In this document: in pieces, positions 58,234 through 64,000 of the stretch | Numbering within the stretch: the first letter of the stretch is position 1 | Layout: every line of letters starts with the position of its first letter | Assembly: GCF_009914755.1 (NCBI RefSeq) | Contig: NC_060932.1 | Length of the DNA stretch: 64,000 bases | Source: the human T2T-CHM13v2.0 reference genome, Homo sapiens | Direction: 5' to 3' (one strand) | Notes under the pieces: model-generated | Databases searched by the model: none | Told to the model about the DNA's origin: nothing | What the model saw: the letters and a program-made list of their open reading frames with translations, nothing else | Position numbers and translations under genes: made by a program

Positions 58234-59409
58234 TCTAATACCTGTCAGGTTTATTGCATTTGTGCAGACTGAATTAATATGGTATTAATTAATATGTTAT
58301 GAATAAGCTTGACAGACTTGAAAACAAAAGAAAATGCATTTAGTTCACTAACCTACCAAACATCATAGCTTAGCCTAACCTATTTTAAACATGGTTAGAA
58401 GATACACATCAGCATTAGGTTGGGCAAAATCACCTAACAAAAATCCTATTTTATAATAAAGTGTTGAGTATCTCATGTAATTTATTGAATGTTGTACTGA
58501 AGATAAAAATAAAATAGTTGTATGGGTATTTGACCTACAGTTTCTACCAAATGTCTATTGCTTTCACATCATTCTAAAATCAAAAAAAAATCTTAAGTTG
58601 AAATGTTGTTAAGTCAGGTAATATTTGTACTTATGTATAAATCTTCCAAAACATGTGCAAGTACTATATGCTGAAAAAGACAAAGTGCTGATGAAATGTA
58701 ATTTTAAAATACTTAAATAAATGAAGAAATATGCTGAATTTATGGATCAAAACTAAATATTCTGCTTTCAGTTCTCCACAAAGTGATCTAAACATTTAAT
58801 ACAATTACAATCAAAGTCCTAGCAGACTTTTTTTATATAGAAATAAACAAGATAGTTCAAGAATTGTATGGAAAGACTAACAAACTAGTGTACCCAAAAC
58901 AATATTGAAAAATAAAAATAAAGTTGAAAGACTCACATTACAAAATATCCAGAAAATATAAAGCTGCAATGGTCAGAACAGTATACTATTGGGAAAAGGA
59001 TATGAATGCACATCAGTGGAACAGAACTGAGAGTGCAGAAACACCCACATATGTCATCAGTTGATGTAAAACAATAGTGCAAGGGAAGTTCAAAAGGAAA
59101 GTTTGTTCTTTTCAACAAATTGTGCTGACACACACATATATGTAGAAGAGTTAATTTCAAGATACACTTCACAACTAGTACAAATTTAACTAAATTTGAT
59201 CATAGGCATAGATATAAAATTTAAAACTCTATGATATTTAGAAGAAAATATAGAATAATATCTTTAAGCCATGGTTAGCTACAGAATCCCCTGACAGGAA
59301 AAAACATGTGACACCCCCACCCCCCCCAAAAAAAAAACTTGCTAATTTTCATTTTATCAAAATTAGAACATTTTGCTCTTCAAAATATATTATTAAGAAA
59401 ATGATAGCT

Positions 59410-59715
59410 GGGCCCCCCAGGCATGGTGGCTCACACCTGTAATCCCAGCACTTTGGGAGGCCAAGGCGGGCAGATCACCTAAGCCCAGGAGTTCAAGACC
59501 AGCATAGGAAACATAGGTAAACCACATCTCTGCAAAAAAATACAAAAATAGTGGGGCATGGTCATGCACGCCTATAGTTCCAGCTACTGGAGGGGCCTGA
59601 AAGGGGAGGATTCCTTGTGCCCAGGAGGCGGAGGTTGCAGTGAGCCATGATACCATGAACATACTGCTTCAATCCAGCCTCAGTGACTAAGCAAGACACT
59701 GTCTCAAACAAACAA
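59410..59715 (+). mobile_element. AluJ-like SINE
   Basis: Dimeric Alu inside the L1M host, with a degenerate TSD aagaaaatga / aggaaaataa. Confidence 0.93.
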
Positions 59716-61599
59716 GGAAAATAAAAAGACAAGCCATAGACTGAGAGAAAATATTTTGCAAACCCATTTGACAACATCCCTCCATGGGAAGAAGATTTGA
59801 GTAAATATTTACCAAAGAAGATAAATGGATGTCAAATAAGCACATAAAAATATGCTCAACCTCATTATTAAGTAAATGCAAATTGAACCATAATTAGAAT
59901 TTCTAAATTAAAAATGTCTGACAATACTAGGTGCTGATTAGGGTGCAGAACTACTTAAGCTTTCACACATTGCTGATGATCATTTAAAATGATAGAGATA
60001 TTTTGGAAAATAGTTTGGCAGTCCTTGTAACAGTAATCATGCATTTACCATATGACCCAGCAATCCCACTTGTAGGTATTTTTCATACAAAAACCTGTGC
60101 ATGAATTTTTTTTAGAGATATTTTATTTATAATACCCCAAACTGGAAACAACTAAGACGTCTTTTACATGTATGGATTAACAAACTATGAAACATCCATG
60201 TAATCAGATAGTATTCCACAAAAATGGTATAATTTAATTTATTGAATCTCACAGAAACATGGATGAATCTCCATGCATTATTGTTAGTGAAAGAAGCCTA
60301 TTTCAAAAGTATATATTGTCTATCATTGTATTATTATGACATCCTTTTAAAGCTGAGCTATAACTTTAGGAAGCAGGTTTGTTTTTACTGGATATTTTGT
60401 GTGAACGGAGGTATTGTCCACAACAGGGAAAAAGATAGTTGTGATAGAAATGTTCTATATTTTGACTGTAACTGTGGTTATATAATTGTAACTCTTTTCA
60501 AAACTTATGGAAGTGTACACTTAAAATGATTAATTTTACTGTATGTAAATTATACCTTAATTAACAAAATGGCAATAAACAAAATTTTTTTGGAAAATTT
60601 TTGGTCCAAATGTTTTTCTTTTTCACCTACTTGTTGTAGTTGTAATTTTTAAAAGTTTTCAGCATCTAATTACTATTTAAATGATAGCATTTTAGCTACC
60701 TCCAGATGCTATAATGTTCCTTTTGTGTTATCTTTTGAAGTCTCTGCTCCTTCATGTTTTGCTGTCCTCTTATCTCATGTTGTTTGTTTGTTTGTTGTCC
60801 TTTCTCCTTCTTGTTTGTTCTGCCTGGGTAATGCCCTTGTTTCTCTTGTTTCCTAACATAGATAAAATCTTATCATTAGAGTCACTGATGGCATGTCTTT
60901 TCCATTTTTCTGATATTTCTGCAAATTGGAGGCATTCTAAGATCATACCTTTTTTTTTAGCAAATAAACTCCCCAAGTCAATGTCTATTATCACATACAA
61001 TTATTAATAAGTGAATTTCTCTACCCTTCCTTTCTGCAATGTGTTCAATGTATTTTTTAAACTCTCTCTCACTCCCTCTTTCTCTCTCATTTGCCCTGTG
61101 TGTGAAATAAAATCATTAAATTTTCATTTGATAATTTTCACGGTGCTGAGATCTTTTAATAACAATTTTGTCAATAGAAACCTTAGCTCTCTCTTAAGGT
61201 TAATGTGTCCTAAACATTTCTGAAGCATGTATCTATCTTCTTATCCAAACTCACTGATAAATAGATCAGAGAGTGAGACAAGCAGAGTTCTATCCTACTC
61301 CACTCCAGGCCTCCTAGCGTGTTTGATTGTTTTGATTTACTTATTCAACTCACCAGAGGTAAAAAATACTGTGTCATTTTCTTCTCTCTGCACAAGGATA
61401 TGGTTGGCTTGGGAAATAAATAATAACAAGTTTAGGAAAACTCATAAAATTTATCTGCATATCACATCAGAATATCCTTCTGCAAATAAAAAATATTTTG
61501 AAAAGCTTTGATAGATACACCATATCTACATTACACTTCAGATCTATCATTCTTGTCTATGGAGAAATGGGGAAAAAAGAATCATTCTGGTTATTCTCC

Positions 61600-61900
61600 A
61601 TTTGTCTCTCCAGGCCTATTCTCAACTCTTCTTCTACATCCTTCTGTATGCATCAGGAGGCTACCCTGGATGAACTGCATCACCTCCACAGATCTTACCC
61701 TTCACAACTTGGCTATGTTGTCTTTAACAAGTAGGGAGCAAGACAAGAAGAAATTTATGAGAACTGGAGTACAAATTCAGAAGAAAGCAGAAAGTTTGAC
61801 TTGATGGTTGATTAAATTTCCTAAAATTCTCCCGAAGGAGAGAAGATACTTCACTACCCACAATAGGGCTGGACCCATAACTAGAAGCAAAGCGACCCAC
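61600..61900 (+). mobile_element. Decayed LTR33-like fragment
   Basis: 'ttctgtatgcatcaggaggctaccctggatgaactgcatcacc'. Confidence 0.35.
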
Positions 61901-62044
61901 TACTGAAAAGGTGAGAAGGTCAGATCAAGAAGCAAAGGCTATAATTACAAAACCACTTAAAGGTAATAACCTCAATGATTTCAAATATCCAGGTACTTAA
62001 AAATGTTAGTTAACATTTCAATATGTCCCTATGTTTTAGCATAA

Positions 62045-62265
62045 GAATAATAGGAGCTATCATTTATTTAACCTTTGTATTGTGTCGTGTTTTTAATATA
62101 AGTATCACCTGTAAGCCTATCACAGTCATAGAAGTTCTGTATTACTATATGCATTTTTCAGAGAATGACACAAAAATGCAGAATACACAATAAACTGTCC
62201 ACAATCACATGGCTAATAAGTACTATAGCCAATCCTCAAATCCCACTATGATTCCAAAACCAGTT
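62045..62265 (-). mobile_element. MIR SINE
   Basis: 'agctatcatttatt...catttttcagag...actgtccacaatcacatggctaataagt...tgattccaaaacc'. Confidence 0.65.
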
Positions 62266-64000
62266 TTCTTTCTATTTTCTCACTCTGCAATTTCAGCTAC
62301 GGTCCTTTCTTTTAAAATTGGGTCACAAACTGTGGACACTTTGGACACAAACCTAGTGGGATATGCATTTAATAAAAATCTAAATTAGGACTATGATTTA
62401 TTAATGTTATTTAATGTAATAATTGCATCCTTTACAGATCTTCATAATTTGTGAAGAATCTATTTCAACGAGAGACTAAACATGCTACACAGAAATTTTC
62501 TGAGTTCCTTTCAGGGATCTACAAGTCTTTTTCACTTGACTATAGCCTGCCTTCCAACTATCTTATGAACTTCAGGAAAAAGAAGAAAAATGCCACTTTC
62601 TTCCTTTGGACACTCCCGAATATGTCTAACCACAGTATTATTCACACTGTGGGTAACCAACTTATTTTGCTAACTGACTGAAAGATTATATTATTGTATA
62701 ATAAAGTTTCCTTTTCTTCAAAGGGAGTAAAGTGAAAGAATGCATAAAATTTGTCACAAAGTTTTCAGATAAAACCTGTTTAGTAATGACAATTAGTAAT
62801 AGAAATCATTAGTTATAGCATGATGCAGGGAATACTAATGAAGGCAAAGCGTATTTTGACTAATCTGCTTTCTGAAACGTTCTTGGTAATAAGCATTAGA
62901 ATGAGGTCAAAGTCATTTTTCTTTTTTGAAATAGAAAGGTAATTCTAATGTTTATAAAAGAAAGCTTTGTGGTCTGCCAGGAATTTTAATTTCTAAGCTG
63001 TCAACATTTTAGCACTTATATCTGATAACGGCTGTGATAATGCATGCTCCAGTCTTGTATCAGTTGCTTGCTCTTCCATAAGTCAAAAGTGAAATATGGG
63101 TAACAATAATGTGAAAGACACAATGCAACTTTGAACTTTGATGCAATTTCAATGTTAACAAGTTATGTAAAATTGACATATGGATGACAATGTTACATAT
63201 TTCCACATCTGACAGTGTTTTGCTGAAATGTGATTTTTGTATGAAAAGGAAATAGAAAGTGAAGTAGTTTCACTTAATTGAATAACTGATAAAATAATCA
63301 GTGGTGCTCCAGTTTTTGACATGGAAGAAAAGTGGAAATGTTTTTCTACCTCTAGAGACACTGACAAAATAGAGAATGGGAATGAAATACAGAATACAGT
63401 TTGTAGATCCTTGAGAATAATTAAGCCACCAAAACTCATCTCACTAACAAAATCAGGCAAAAGTAATGGATAAAAGGGCAGACAGAGGAAACAACAACAT
63501 AAATATTTGAAAGCTATTTGGCATATTTGGTTATGTTCAATTTGGTTTACGATCATGGAAACTTTGGTTTGTTTTGATAATTCCGACATAGGGAACAACA
63601 AAAAAAGAGAATTAGTAAATCTTATAGTAAGGGAGAAACTCTTTAAAATGATCTGGGTTAGGATAAAGAGGGTAGGGGCTCAAACAGAAATACTATCAGA
63701 AAGCAATCTTGGTTAAGTATAGGATCCTCATGTTATGTGATATTTTACAATCATTTAACAGCACTGGCTACTCTGCTTCAAGGCAGAAGAACTTTTAAAC
63801 AGATGTCCTGGAAATAGAGGAAAACTAATAAAACTAATAAAAATAAGGGAGAGGAAAACTAATGAGTTAGCATCCCTATTTTCATGAAGTGCAGAAAGAG
63901 TCTGCAGGAGCACCAGTCTCATTAACAAAGATGAGACTTGGGATATCTTACTTAGATAACCTGGAATGTTGCTCACTCTAAAGTCGCAGGTCAGAAATGA

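Larger units (their letters stand above)
53272..58627. mobile_element. Tigger-family (TcMar) MITE, MER47-like, split into 53272-53356 and 58330-58627
   Basis: Begins TA|cagatgctc...'cattgtaagttgaaaatatc', resumes 'ctaacctaccaaacatcatagcttagcct' and ends 'taagtcaggtaatatttg'|TA. TA target duplication at 53270-53271 and 58628-58629. Confidence 0.88.
49100..60570 (+). mobile_element. Long ancient L1M (L1MC/MD-like) host element, split into about 49100-53271 and 58630-60570
   Basis: A-rich decayed ORF1 and ORF2 in colinear order ('ggaatgcaaggctggttcaacat', 'ccctatttgcc'). After 58630: 'accatatgacccagcaatcccact' and the 3' end 'ttttactgtatgtaaattatacct'. Confidence 0.85.

Overview
AT-rich primate genomic DNA (Alu, L1PA/L1PB/L1M, MaLR and ERV1 LTRs, MIR/L2, hAT and Tigger DNA transposons) that looks like a gene desert or a deep intron. 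I found no host protein-coding exon, RNA gene or CRISPR array. The informative ORFs in the track are broken LINE-1 ORF1/ORF2 pieces; the rest are Alu/LTR read-through or chance ORFs. Main elements are a near full-length but inactivated L1PA7/8-like element (22641-28940), a four-layer nest (old L1M > Tigger-type MITE > L1PB/late-L1PA > Alu, about 49100-60570), a three-layer nest (L1MA > AluJ > MST LTR) and several solo LTRs with clean target-site duplications (TSDs). I did not find a convincing new biological system. The best observations are mutational footprints: a locally templated insertion in an Alu linker copied from 1.8 kb away, a fold-back hairpin in L1 ORF2, a candidate ancient L1 3' transduction, a dimeric hAT MITE with a perfect 8-bp TSD, and a CpG-retaining motif cluster that may be an enhancer. 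Subfamily names come from my recall of consensus sequences, not from a database run. Boundaries of old repeats are approximate, and the species cannot be fixed beyond simian primate.
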